Part shown: piece after piece, positions 1-10,199 of the stretch
Layout: the number at the start of each line of letters is the position of its first letter
Numbering within the stretch: the stretch's first letter is position 1
DNA from: Bacillota bacterium
GTDB taxonomy: Bacteria; Bacillota; Clostridia; Christensenellales; Aristaeellaceae
Direction: 5' to 3'
DNA: 64,000 nucleotides
NCBI GenBank assembly: GCA_023415145.1
Contig: JAEZLW010000175.1
Coordinates: 3,766-67,765 of the forward strand
Made by a program: the position numbers and the translations under genes
The notes under the pieces: generated by a model
The model's input: the letters and a program-made list of their open reading frames with translations, nothing else
Databases searched by the model: none
What the model was told of the DNA's origin: nothing

Positions 1-2
1 AG

Positions 3-212
3 CGCCTGAAAGACCGATACGGCGATGAAAACGAAGCGGACTATTTTGCCGCATGTCTGTTGATGCCTGCCGATGCGCTTTGGAAAAAGCATGGTGAACT
101 GAATGAGATGGGAATATTGCCTGGCGAGATGCCGTCAAGGCTGAGCAAGCTGTTTAATGTGCCTGTAGATCGTGCACAGAGGCGAATGGAAGAGGTGGGT
201 TTGGCCACGTAG
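3..212 (+). CDS. ImmA/IrrE-family metallopeptidase, C-terminal fragment (5' end lies outside the window)
   Basis: The frame is open from the window edge to TAG at 210-212. The translation RLKDRYGDENEADYFAACLLMPADALWKKH contains the E-x-x-A-x-x-F-A-x-x-L-L-M-P motif typical of COG2856/ImmA peptidases. Confidence 0.6.
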   Translation, partial: RLKDRYGDENEADYFAACLLMPADALWKKHGELNEMGILPGEMPSRLSKLFNVPVDRAQRRMEEVGLAT

Positions 213-225
213 TGAGGTGTGGCAG

Positions 226-720
226 ATGAAGAAAACGGACGAGCAAACATATCTGGATCTGGTAAGTTCGCTGTACGAGAAGGATTTTGAGACAACGGAC
301 AGCTATTCTGCGCTGGGCTGCGATCCCTTTCAGACAGATCAGCAAAGAAGGCGCGATCTGGAGATCACATCGCTTCTTAGAGAGTATGTAAAGTACTACC
401 GGATCAAATCGTCAAATGGCAAAAGGTACAGGGCCGTGCTTTTTTGGGGATGTGCGTCCATTACCTTTATGCTGCTTCTGGCCTGCGTGTTTTCCATTGT
501 ATGGTGGACCATACAAAAAGATAAAGATGTCAATGATATCATAGCGCTGGTGACATTGTGCGCTACGCTGATCGGCGCTGTGATCGGGGTTTTAAAGATC
601 ATTACGGCGTATGTGTTCCCTCGGGAAGATGAGAAGTATGTGACCGGCATTGTGGAATCGATACAGAAAAATGACCTGGAAAACAAAAAGGCGAACATGG
701 ATGCGTGGACGTATAAGTAG
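226..720 (+). CDS. hypothetical membrane protein (two predicted TM helices)
   Basis: ATG at 226 lies 14 nt after the ImmA stop and is preceded by GAGGTG. MKKTDEQTYLDL... has two hydrophobic spans (VLFWGCASITFMLLLACVFSIVWW and IIALVTLCATLIGAVIGVLKII). I recognise no family. Confidence 0.5.
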   Translation: MKKTDEQTYLDLVSSLYEKDFETTDSYSALGCDPFQTDQQRRRDLEITSLLREYVKYYRIKSSNGKRYRAVLFWGCASITFMLLLACVFSIVWWTIQKDKDVNDIIALVTLCATLIGAVIGVLKIITAYVFPREDEKYVTGIVESIQKNDLENKKANMDAWTYK

Positions 721-1006
721 GCATCAAAAATACTCCCCTCTTTTTGATGGCAGCTATATGGTGAGGAATTTTATCCGCGGCCTTATGGAGCGGCTTTTTT
801 TTGACAGGGAGGCGAACCTGTCTGTTCGAGGTGGTAGAAGAGAGGTATTGAGCTGTTTGATGCAAACCGTACTTCGGCAAGCTGCCATTTGCTTGCCGCA
901 AGGCGTAGGCATAACCCGGCCACGTCGTCCTGATCGCAGCGAAGGACCTTTGAAAGCCTGGATTATTAAAACCTTCTCCGTTTTTTTGTTGCCATTGGAT
1001 GAGTGG

Positions 1007-1756
1007 TCAGCCAGCCGCCAATTTGAGCAGCAGGCTTGTATCATCCCCCCGCCCGGCCTCCATAAGCCTGGCCCCGGCAAGGATGGGGAGCCACTTTAGG
1101 ATGGCCTTCGCTTCTATGCCTGATTGCTGGCAATAAAATTCCAGATAATATTCCGCCGCCTCTTTCCCGTGGAGCAGGTACAACAAATACGAGCGGCAGG
1201 CATCCGCCTGCGCGCTGCCGCAGGAAGCGTCGACCCAGTCGATGATGGCAAGGCCGTTGTCAGTATAAATGAGGTTGAACGGGTGAAAATCCCCATGGCA
1301 GACCACCTGATCGGATGCCATGGACTCAAGCAGCGACAGCAAACGCTGCTTTACGCTGTCCGTCAGAGCGGATGCGGCGGTGATCCTTTGGCGCAGTTTT
1401 TCCGATTGGGAGGGCAGGCCCGAACCCGGCGTTAAGTGCATTTGCACTTGGAGGGCAACCGCCTGCATGAGGTATTCCGCCGCGCGAGACCTGTCCTTTT
1501 CCATCAGCTCGCCAAGAGACGGGCCGGGCACGTGCTCCATGAGGATGGCAAACCGGTTCTCCATGGTTACCACCCCGTATACCCGGGGTGCGGACAGCCC
1601 GGCAATATATACCCGCTGCTGGATATCCGCTTCATACAGAACGGCGTCTTCCGGCGTACCTTGGTGAAAGAGCTTCACGGCCTGGCCGTCGCACAGGTAG
1701 ACGTCGGCTTGCGCGCCGCGGCCGATGAGGTTATCGGGGTGGATAGGATGTGTCAT
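1007..1756 (-). CDS. phosphotransferase of the APH/choline-kinase (protein-kinase-like) fold
   Basis: 249 aa. Contains the Brenner-type catalytic motif VCHGDFHPFNLI followed by IIDWVDA. RBS GACGGAGG lies upstream of the ATG. Confidence 0.8.
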   Translation of the reverse strand: MTHPIHPDNLIGRGAQADVYLCDGQAVKLFHQGTPEDAVLYEADIQQRVYIAGLSAPRVYGVVTMENRFAILMEHVPGPSLGELMEKDRSRAAEYLMQAVALQVQMHLTPGSGLPSQSEKLRQRITAASALTDSVKQRLLSLLESMASDQVVCHGDFHPFNLIYTDNGLAIIDWVDASCGSAQADACRSYLLYLLHGKEAAEYYLEFYCQQSGIEAKAILKWLPILAGARLMEAGRGDDTSLLLKLAAG

Positions 1757-1962
1757 GAGAGCCTCCGTCTATTCAATGTTCCTTCCGGCATCACGGCCCG
1801 ATTTTTGATCAGCAGCATGCGGAAGGAGGATTCATTCCAGTGCGATTCCGGCACTTCGGGCGGACTTCACCGGAGCTGCCTGGAGGCATGATTTCCGCTG
1901 ACGCTCGCAAAGGACAGGGCTGCCGTTTTCCAACAGCCATTGCATGGCATCTTGCCAGGTCA

Positions 1963-2337
1963 TCATATGCTTTGCTTCTTGTATGCGATGGCGTCAATCT
2001 GAACCTGCAGCCCATCCGTGCCGCCCCTGTGCGCAAACTCGGTGGCGATGGTTTTGCGTGCGGGGTAATTGCCTTGAAACCGCTCCTTGAAAACCTTTTC
2101 CATGATAGGAATATTCCAGGGGTCTTTTAAAAGAACATCCACCTTGACTACGGAGTCCAATGTCAGGCCGATGGTATCAAGACGGCGGCTCATATCATCA
2201 AGCGCGCCGTGTACCTGCATTTCCACAGTTTGGCCTACATTGCCCACGCAGAAGGTGAGAAAAACAAAGTCTCCGGCCTCCACCATTTCCGAAAAGGCGA
2301 GTTCCCCGTTGATGCTATGCCTTGTAATACCGCTCAT
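1963..2337 (-). CDS. RidA/YjgF/L-PSP family protein
   Basis: 124 aa. Length and sequence (GDFVFLTFCVG...YPARKTIATEF...VQIDAIAY) fit the YjgF/RidA family. Confidence 0.85.
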   Translation of the reverse strand: MSGITRHSINGELAFSEMVEAGDFVFLTFCVGNVGQTVEMQVHGALDDMSRRLDTIGLTLDSVVKVDVLLKDPWNIPIMEKVFKERFQGNYPARKTIATEFAHRGGTDGLQVQIDAIAYKKQSI

Positions 2338-2458
2338 TGTATGAACGAGCTCCTTTCACTTTTTAAATGAAAGGATAACAGAAGGCTGCTGATGCATCAA
2401 CCCCTGCATGTGTGTAATTTTGTATGCATTCGGTATATTTTGGAGGGAAGCATCGCAA

Positions 2459-2962
2459 CTATAAGTTCAGCACCGACTCTGTCTTTACCTGCAAGTATTC
2501 CGACAGCGTATCGGCAATCAATTGATGATCCTGTATTTGGGGAAAGCCCGAAACGGTGATCGCGCCTATGACGCCCAGGCCTTTGATGCGGATAGGGAAG
2601 CTGCCGCCCGACAGCACATAATCGGACCCCGATAAGCCGAACTCCTGGAGCGACCTTCCGGAGGCCGACATCTCCTGCGCAACCAGCAGGGAGCTTTTGA
2701 AAAATTCCAGGACGATGTTTCTCTTGCGCTGTACCCATCTGTCATTGTTGGGCGATGGCCGGCCTGCAACGCAGTGAAACAACTGCAGGCCGTTTACCGT
2801 AATGTCAATGGACACATTGCCGTTCAATGCCAGGGCATTAGCCCGCAGGCTTTGGCCGATGACAAAAGCTGTATCGGGATCAAAATCGTCAAACGTCAGG
2901 GCGGCCTCTTGCCTCCGGATGATTTCCGCCATCTTAGAGGCGGCTGATTTCTCGTCTTTCAT
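2459..2962 (-). CDS. UPF0303 / GlcG-HbpS-like (heme-degrading domain) protein
   Basis: 167 aa. The pattern FDPDTAFVIG...NVSIDITVNG...GGSFPIRIKGLGVIGAITVSG is typical of UPF0303/DUF336 proteins. Confidence 0.7.
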   Translation of the reverse strand: MKDEKSAASKMAEIIRRQEAALTFDDFDPDTAFVIGQSLRANALALNGNVSIDITVNGLQLFHCVAGRPSPNNDRWVQRKRNIVLEFFKSSLLVAQEMSASGRSLQEFGLSGSDYVLSGGSFPIRIKGLGVIGAITVSGFPQIQDHQLIADTLSEYLQVKTESVLNL

Positions 2963-2989
2963 ATTGCATGCTCCTTGTTTATGTAATCC

Positions 2990-3946
2990 TCACTGCGCCG
3001 CTTCCAGGATCCTGTTTATCAGGCGGATGTTGCGCACCGTTTCGAAAAGCGGGAAAGCGGGTTCCCGGCCTGTCAGCACCGCATCGGAAAAATCCTCAAT
3101 TTCAAGCACATACCGTTTGCAAGGCGCAACCGGAATCTCCGTGGTGACACCATATTTGCATAGCAGGATGGGGGTATCCGTCTGGTCGAAGGATTCCCTT
3201 ATGATGAGCGTGCCTTCTGTACCGTTTATTTCGGTGAGCATGGCGGACTGGGAATCGAACCCTGAGTTCACGGTGCAAAGGATGCCGCTTTTGTACTTGA
3301 GCACGGCGCTTAAAGACATGTCTATGCCGTTGACTGCCGTTTTTTGAGCACAGACGGAAATGGGTTCATCGTTTACGATCATGCCGATGATGTTCACGGG
3401 ATAACAGCCCACATCCCATAGGCTTCCGCCGCCAAGGCCTGGATTGAGCTTGATGCTTTCCGGATTGGCAAGCACAAACCGGAATGTGGAATTGATGTGC
3501 CTAACATCGCCCACCGCACCGGATGAAAGCAGCTCGTTCAGTTTTGCTATTCTTGGAGTAAACCTGTACATAAAGGCTTCCATCAGCTTCACGCCGTTAT
3601 CGCGGCATGCGGCCATCATTTCCTGGCAGTCATCTTCGCTTAATGCCATGGGCTTTTCGCAAAGCACATGCTTGCCGGCTTTCGCGGCTTTGATGGTCCA
3701 TTCCTTGTGCAGGCTGTTGGGCAGGGGAATGTATACCGCGTCCACGTTGGGATCGGTAAGGAGAGAGTCGTAATCGTTGTAGGCTCTTTGGAAGCCAAAG
3801 GCTTCCTTGGCTTCTTTCAATTTCTCCGGACTGGAGGATGCGATGGCATACGGAATGGCATTCTTTGCTTCCAGCATGGCTGGGATCAGGTGGAGCCTTG
3901 CAATGCGGGCATAGCCCAGTATGCCGAAGCGGACAGGGGTGTTCAT
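2990..3946 (-). CDS. Gfo/Idh/MocA-family NAD(P)-dependent oxidoreductase
   Basis: N-terminal Rossmann motif VRFGILGYARIA and the EKP motif (HVLCEKPMA). Start was trimmed to the ATG 8 nt downstream of AAAGGA; the 345-aa ORF-track version begins upstream of the RBS. Confidence 0.85.
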   Translation of the reverse strand: MNTPVRFGILGYARIARLHLIPAMLEAKNAIPYAIASSSPEKLKEAKEAFGFQRAYNDYDSLLTDPNVDAVYIPLPNSLHKEWTIKAAKAGKHVLCEKPMALSEDDCQEMMAACRDNGVKLMEAFMYRFTPRIAKLNELLSSGAVGDVRHINSTFRFVLANPESIKLNPGLGGGSLWDVGCYPVNIIGMIVNDEPISVCAQKTAVNGIDMSLSAVLKYKSGILCTVNSGFDSQSAMLTEINGTEGTLIIRESFDQTDTPILLCKYGVTTEIPVAPCKRYVLEIEDFSDAVLTGREPAFPLFETVRNIRLINRILEAAQ

Positions 3947-3998
3947 AAAGGTCATCCTTTCTTGAGAGGAGATACATACCTTTTTTGCAACGCCGCTT

Positions 3999-5039
3999 TT
4001 ACAGCCCCGCCTCATCCTGCGTAACATCCCTTACGCTTTGCCCATAGGAGATGGTGGGTGTGTACAATGCTTCCCGGTTGACCATGTCATTGCCGTTGCG
4101 GATGCGCTCCATCAGCATGCGGCCGCACCGTTCGCCCAGCGCCCACACATCCGGCAAGGCACAGGTAGGCTCTACGTACAGTATATCCGCCAGCTGCACA
4201 TCGCATGGGCTGACAAACGAAACATCCTCGGGAATGCGTATATTTTTTTCCTTGAAATAGCGCAGCGCGCCGATGGTTGTATTGCTGTGGGAGATGACCA
4301 GCGCGGTAGGTGGGTTTTGCATGTTCATCAGGGCACCGCAGCTTTGGTAGCCAAACTCCTTGGTCAGCGGTCCCTCAAACAAGTAAGGGTTGCCTTCCTT
4401 CATTTCCACGCCAATGGTTTTCAGCGCCCGCTGGATGTTGACCATCCTGTCCCGGTGGGAGCTCAGATAGGAAGGGCCGCAAATCAGCCCGATGCGCCTG
4501 TGCCCCTTTTGAATCAGGTGCTGGCACAGATCATGGGATACGGTGCCGAAATCCGCATCCAGAAAGTCGCCCTTGAACTTGGGATTGGGGATGCGGCGGT
4601 GCAATAGAATCACCGGCACACTTTGGCTAAGCTGCGTAATCAAGTCGTTGTTGTGGCCGGTGGTGTTGATGATAAAGCCGTCCACCTGCCGCTCGGTCAT
4701 CAAGCGCAGGTAGTTTTCCTCGGTATCATGCTCCGAGGCGGTATTGCAATAAAACAGATTGTACCTGTCGGGGCGGATAACGTTTTCAACCGCCTTGGTG
4801 ATCTGCCCGAAATACTCGTTGTTGCCGTCTGATATCAGCATGGCGATGGTCTGGGTGGAATCACTTTTCAGCCCCCGCGCCACAAGGTTGGGGTGATAAT
4901 TGTATTTCTTGATGGTTTTTTCAACGCGCCGGCGTTTGTCTTCATTTACGCCGGTGCTGTTGTTGATGACGCGGGATACCGTGGCCAGTGAGACGCCGGC
5001 CTCGGCAGCAATTTCCTTGATGGTAATGTTCTTTTTCAT
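3999..5039 (-). CDS. LacI-family transcriptional regulator
   Basis: Helix-turn-helix ITIKEIAAEAGVSLATVSRVINN at the N-terminus, with a periplasmic-binding-like sugar-sensor domain after it. Start trimmed to MKKNITIKE. Confidence 0.9.
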   Translation of the reverse strand: MKKNITIKEIAAEAGVSLATVSRVINNSTGVNEDKRRRVEKTIKKYNYHPNLVARGLKSDSTQTIAMLISDGNNEYFGQITKAVENVIRPDRYNLFYCNTASEHDTEENYLRLMTERQVDGFIINTTGHNNDLITQLSQSVPVILLHRRIPNPKFKGDFLDADFGTVSHDLCQHLIQKGHRRIGLICGPSYLSSHRDRMVNIQRALKTIGVEMKEGNPYLFEGPLTKEFGYQSCGALMNMQNPPTALVISHSNTTIGALRYFKEKNIRIPEDVSFVSPCDVQLADILYVEPTCALPDVWALGERCGRMLMERIRNGNDMVNREALYTPTISYGQSVRDVTQDEAGL

Positions 5040-5262
5040 TTGCCATCCCGTCTTTCTAAGCTTGCGCTGATTGGGCCCGCCTTCACGCCGCCGCACATCG
5101 TTATCAATGTCCCCGCCAGCCGGTTCGCATCTTCGCATTAATGGCTGCAAAATCCAAATACAGGTGAGTTCCCGCTGATGCTTTGGACTGCCTATAGTGT
5201 AGCGTTTCTCTTGCCTGTTTTCAAGCTTTTTTCAAAAACACTGCATTTTTAGTCTATAAATA

Positions 5263-5276
5263 TCATAACGTTTTCA
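5263..5276. promoter_or_regulatory. LacI/CcpA-type operator-like site (TCATAACGTTTTCA; reverse complement TGAAAACGTTATGA)
   Basis: Lies in the lacI / ABC divergent intergenic region. It is a 14-nt pseudo-palindrome with a central CG and shares TGAAAACGT with the second site. Confidence 0.4.
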
Positions 5277-5347
5277 AAACCGAAAATCAAGCATAAGGAT
5301 AATATCCATATCGACTAAAAATCTTTGTTAATTATTAGATTTTGTAT

Positions 5348-5374
5348 TGCATTTGCGCTTATTATGTGTATAAT
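5348..5374 (+). promoter_or_regulatory. candidate sigma-A promoter of the Liv-type ABC operon
   Basis: TTGCAT (5348-5353) and a perfect TATAAT (5369-5374). The spacer is only 15 nt, so the -35 assignment is uncertain. Confidence 0.4.
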
Positions 5375-5390
5375 GAGGGCATAAACGATT

Positions 5391-5404
5391 TGAAAACGTA
5401 TTCA
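5391..5404. promoter_or_regulatory. LacI/CcpA-type operator-like site TGAAAACGTATTCA
   Basis: Fits the TGNAANCGNWNNCW cre/LacI-family pattern. It lies 17 nt downstream of the TATAAT box, a position consistent with repression. Confidence 0.45.
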
Positions 5405-5444
5405 AATCGGATCCGGGAAAACAAAATAAGGAAGGATGAAACCC

Positions 5445-6611
5445 ATGAAAAAGGCTCTCGCGTTCCTCCTGTCCGCCATGATGGTTCTATCCCTGTTCTC
5501 AGCGCCCGCTTTTGCAGCGGCAGCTCCAAGCGGCGAACCCATCAAAATCGGCCTGGCCACCGTCCTCACCGGCGAGCGTGCCATGGAAGGCGAATATGCT
5601 TCCAACGCAGCGGCCATTATCACCCAGGAAATCAATGACGCAGGCGGCGTGTTGGGGCGCCCCATCCAGATCGTGATTGAAGACGGACTGGGTACAGACG
5701 TCGGCGCGGTTAACGCGTACCGCAAGCTGGCCGACGATCCCGGGATCGTTGCGATCATCGGAAGCGACAACTCCAATGACAACATCGCCATTTCCGGCGA
5801 AGCCCTTGCGGCAAAAATCCTCTCCACAGCGCAAGGCTCCAGCCCCAAGCTGCGGGACATCTGCAACAATGAAAATCCCTGGCTTTTCCAGCTTCGCGCA
5901 TGCGAGCAAACCATGATTGACGCCTTGATCGGCTTTGCCGTGGAAGAAAAAGGCTACAAAAAGTTCGCGATCATCCATGATACGGAGACCAACTCCTCCG
6001 ATCAGACGCGCCTGTTCACCGAAGCCCTTCAACGCCGCGGCGTTGAGCCGCTGGTCGTTGTCCCCTTCACCACCGGCACGAAGGACTTTACCTCTCATAT
6101 CACCAAGATCCAGCAGGTAGAACCGGAAGCCATCATCGGCGCATGCCTGTTCAATGAAGCGGCCATCATTGCCGAGCAGATCCGCGCCTTTGGCATGGTG
6201 GACATGCCCATCTTCGGCTCTAATGCCTGGGCCGATCCCGTAACCCTCAAGCTGGGCGGCGCAGCCCTCAACGGCGTGTACAGCGCAGCTGCTTGGGTGC
6301 CCAATACCACCAATCCCAAGGGTGCTGCATTCGCCGCGAAGTATCAGGAACTGTACGGTCAGGTCTGCGCAAAGGCCGCTGCCCAGATTTATGATCATGT
6401 GAGCGTCATTTGCGAAGCCATTTCAAGGGCCGGTTCCACCGACCGCCAGGCGGTTCGCGATGCCATGAACACCATCGACGCTTACGCCGGCGCTATCACG
6501 ACCTATGATTGCCGTACCAATGGCGACTGCGGCCGCGGCGGCCTGGTAGTACAGATCGTGGATGAAATGCCCACCGTTCTGCAGGAGATCTACTCTGAAA
6601 AGCAGATTTAA
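5445..6611 (+). CDS. ABC transporter substrate-binding protein, type I PBP (LivJ/Peripla_BP_6-like)
   Basis: Signal peptide MKKALAFLLSAMMVLSLFSAPAFA, then IKIGLATVLTGERA, which is typical of Leu/Ile/Val-binding-type proteins. RBS GGAAGGA lies 8 nt upstream. Confidence 0.85.
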   Translation: MKKALAFLLSAMMVLSLFSAPAFAAAAPSGEPIKIGLATVLTGERAMEGEYASNAAAIITQEINDAGGVLGRPIQIVIEDGLGTDVGAVNAYRKLADDPGIVAIIGSDNSNDNIAISGEALAAKILSTAQGSSPKLRDICNNENPWLFQLRACEQTMIDALIGFAVEEKGYKKFAIIHDTETNSSDQTRLFTEALQRRGVEPLVVVPFTTGTKDFTSHITKIQQVEPEAIIGACLFNEAAIIAEQIRAFGMVDMPIFGSNAWADPVTLKLGGAALNGVYSAAAWVPNTTNPKGAAFAAKYQELYGQVCAKAAAQIYDHVSVICEAISRAGSTDRQAVRDAMNTIDAYAGAITTYDCRTNGDCGRGGLVVQIVDEMPTVLQEIYSEKQI

Positions 6612-6838
6612 CCATTGAACAGCGCCCTCCGTGCCGGAGTCCCTGGCGCGGAGGGCGATTATTCTGAGGATTTATTCCGCTACGCGCGAAGGTAGCGGCC
6701 AGGAATGCGGAGCGGGTATGAAGGGCAAAAACTGACCCCTGCGGGCTCTGGACCCAAAAAGAAGCATACATGCTGGCCAATGGGGAAAATCTGGGTTTGT
6801 ATGCGTTAGCCCTGCATGATAAAAGGAGATACATCACG

Positions 6839-7714
<876 letters not shown>

Positions 7715-7727
7715 GGGGGGGCTGTCC

Positions 7728-8720
7728 ATGAAAACAACACCATTTATAGCAAAGACCATGAAAAAGGTCTCCCGCCTTTTTCCTGTTGTGATACTGGCGC
7801 TGTTCGCTTTCGCTCCTTCGGTTACGGGCAACTACATGCTTAGGGTTCTTAACATAACGCTTATCACCTATCTGTGCGTGCTAAGCGTGTATGTGCTGCT
7901 TGGCATGTGCGGCCAGAACTCCTTTGCCCAGGCGGGGCTTTGGGGTGTGGGAGCCTACACCGCTGCGAACATGATGATGAAGCTGAATCTGCCGCCCATC
8001 ATTGCCATGCTGGCCGCCGTGATCGGAACCGCGCTGTTTGCGTTTGTACTGGGCTTTGCCTTCTTTCGGCTGCGGCAGTATTATTTTACCTTTGCTTCCG
8101 TCGGCCTGATGACCATACTAAACGGCTTGTTCATGAACTGGGAGCCGGTGACCGGCGGAGCCTTGGGCATTCAAAACGTTCCGAAGTTCTCCATCGGTGC
8201 CCTCACGCTGACCACCGAAACGTCTTACTTTTATCTCATACTGGCCTTTTGCGTAGTGGTGTTCATTGCGATGCGCCTGCTTTTTTACTCCCGTTTGGGC
8301 CGGGCCTTCATGGCCATTCGCGACAATGAGATCGCCGCCAACTGCATGGGTATCAACAGCCTGCTGACCAAGAGCATTGCCTTTGGCATCTCCGGCGCGC
8401 TATGCGGGCTGGCAGGCGCGCTGTACGCATCCTTGTCCGGTTATCTCAGCTATCAAACGTTTACCTACCAGCAATCCACCATGTATCTGATCATGATCAT
8501 GCTGGGCGGCACGGCATCCCCCAGCGGTGCCATTATCGGCACGATGATCATCTCTTTGTTGCAGGAGTGGGTGCGCCCGCTGGCAAACTTCATGCAATTG
8601 ATTTACGGCGCGGGCATCATGGTGCTGATGATCGTACAGCCGGAAGGAATTTTGGGAGGAGGCAAAGCGCTTTATGGCATGCTCTTCAATCGGAAAAAGC
8701 CCGGTGCTCACACTTACTGA
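7728..8720 (+). CDS. ABC transporter permease, LivM type
   Basis: 330-aa polytopic protein with the motif GQNSFAQAGLWGVGAYTAA. Sits in operon position after the LivH-type gene. Confidence 0.9.
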   Translation: MKTTPFIAKTMKKVSRLFPVVILALFAFAPSVTGNYMLRVLNITLITYLCVLSVYVLLGMCGQNSFAQAGLWGVGAYTAANMMMKLNLPPIIAMLAAVIGTALFAFVLGFAFFRLRQYYFTFASVGLMTILNGLFMNWEPVTGGALGIQNVPKFSIGALTLTTETSYFYLILAFCVVVFIAMRLLFYSRLGRAFMAIRDNEIAANCMGINSLLTKSIAFGISGALCGLAGALYASLSGYLSYQTFTYQQSTMYLIMIMLGGTASPSGAIIGTMIISLLQEWVRPLANFMQLIYGAGIMVLMIVQPEGILGGGKALYGMLFNRKKPGAHTY

Positions 8721-9438
8721 CGTTACAAAGCGCTTCGGCGGCGTAACTGCAGCCGACCATGTACGCCTTAAGCTTTACGGCGGCGAGGTGTTCGGCCTTA
8801 TCGGACCCAACGGCTCCGGCAAAACCACGCTGCTCAACCTGATCACCGGTATCTACAAAGCGGATGGCGGCCAAATTTCACTGGATGGCCGGGACATCAC
8901 CAAGGCCCCCACCCACATGCGGGCCAAACTGGGCGTGGCCAGAAGCTTCCAGCACCCGCGCCTTTTGAACAGGTGTGATATTGAAACCAATATACTGGTG
9001 GGGCTGGACCTGGCTGGCCTACGCAACATACCTGCGGCAAAGCAGCACAGGGACTACATGCGGTCGCTGCTTGAAGCCGCGGGGCTAACCAATGTTAACC
9101 TGAAGGACAGTACCGAAAAGTTATCCTATGGACAGCAGAAAATGCTGGAGATTGTACGTGCCATGCTCAGTTACCCCAAGGTGCTGCTGCTGGACGAACC
9201 TGCCGCTGGCCTGAACCGGGCGGAGATGGATTACATCCGCTCATTGATTGGCATTGCGGTGAAGCAGAACATTGCGGTATTGCTCATTGAACACGCGATG
9301 GACCTGGTGATGGAAATCTGCGACCGCATCACCGTGCTCAACTTTGGCCGCCAGATAACCACCGGTCTGCCGCAAGAGGTGCAGGAAAATCCGGATGTGA
9401 TTATGGCGTATCTGGGGGGAGGAGGAAGAAGCGCATGA
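8674..9438 (+). CDS. ABC transporter ATP-binding protein, LivG type
   Basis: Walker A GPNGSGKTT, signature LSYGQQK, Walker B LLLDEP. The start is uncertain: ATG 8674 overlaps livM, and GTG 8704 is an alternative. Confidence 0.9.
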   Translation: MACSSIGKSPVLTLTDVTKRFGGVTAADHVRLKLYGGEVFGLIGPNGSGKTTLLNLITGIYKADGGQISLDGRDITKAPTHMRAKLGVARSFQHPRLLNRCDIETNILVGLDLAGLRNIPAAKQHRDYMRSLLEAAGLTNVNLKDSTEKLSYGQQKMLEIVRAMLSYPKVLLLDEPAAGLNRAEMDYIRSLIGIAVKQNIAVLLIEHAMDLVMEICDRITVLNFGRQITTGLPQEVQENPDVIMAYLGGGGRSA

Positions 9439-10163
9439 TGAAGATTGTAAACCTTGTCTCCCGCTATGGCCACATCGAAGCACTTCACGGCATCAGCATG
9501 GAAGTGGGCGACAAGGAAATCGTTGCTTTGATTGGCAGCAACGGCGCCGGCAAAACCACCTTGCTCAACTCCATCTCGGGCCATGTGGAAGCATCCGGAA
9601 GCATAAAGTACATGGACGAAGAGCTTTTGGGGAAAAAGCCCCACGCAATTACCCGCAAAGGGGTATTGCAGGTGCCGGAAGGCCGTCATGTGTTTCCCGG
9701 TTTAACGGTGGAGGAAAACCTGGCCATGGGCACCGTGGTGTGGAAGGGCATCAAGCTGATGGCCGGAAACATTGCTGAAGACCTGGAGTATGTGTATGGC
9801 TGCTTTCCCCGGTTGAAGGAGCGCCGCGCACAACTGGCGTGGAGCCTTTCCGGCGGCGAGCAGCAGATGCTGGCCATTGGCCGCGCACTGATGGGGCATC
9901 CCAAAATTCTGATGCTGGATGAGCCCTCCATGGGCCTTGCGCCTCTGATCATTGAAGAGGTGTTTGAGCGGATTGTTGCCATCAACCAGACCGGCATCCC
10001 GGTACTGCTGGTGGAGCAGAACGCGAAGCTGGCGCTTCAAGTATCCAGCCGGGCTTATGTGATCGAGCGGGGCAGCATCATCCACAGCGGCCTTTCCAAA
10101 GACCTTGGCGAGGATGAAAAGGTGAAGGAAGCCTACCTGGGCAAAAAGAAAACAACGGCTTAG
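9435..10163 (+). CDS. ABC transporter ATP-binding protein, LivF type
   Basis: Walker A GSNGAGKTT, signature LSGGEQQ, Walker B LMLDEPS. ATGA overlap with the preceding gene. Confidence 0.9.
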   Translation: MMKIVNLVSRYGHIEALHGISMEVGDKEIVALIGSNGAGKTTLLNSISGHVEASGSIKYMDEELLGKKPHAITRKGVLQVPEGRHVFPGLTVEENLAMGTVVWKGIKLMAGNIAEDLEYVYGCFPRLKERRAQLAWSLSGGEQQMLAIGRALMGHPKILMLDEPSMGLAPLIIEEVFERIVAINQTGIPVLLVEQNAKLALQVSSRAYVIERGSIIHSGLSKDLGEDEKVKEAYLGKKKTTA

Positions 10164-10199
10164 GCTAAGCCTTTGCCAATAGTAAAGGACGGATGAATT

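Noticed and set aside
1832-1966. 44-codon minus-strand ORF (MMTWQDAMQWLLENGSPV...) whose ATG overlaps the RidA stop codon as ATGA
   Set aside because: The overlap is suggestive of translational coupling. However, the ORF is short, has no recognisable family and could be a remnant of a longer gene. The evidence is insufficient to call it a gene.
3947-5150. N-terminal extensions in the ORF track (for example 2990..4027, 3999..5150, 6770.., 14383.., 19527..20384, 56025.., 56955..57839, 57997.., 63340..63714)
   Set aside because: The extended parts lack an RBS and often contain the true RBS inside them. They precede canonical N-termini (HTH, Rossmann, signal peptide, P-loop). Starts were moved to the RBS-supported codon.
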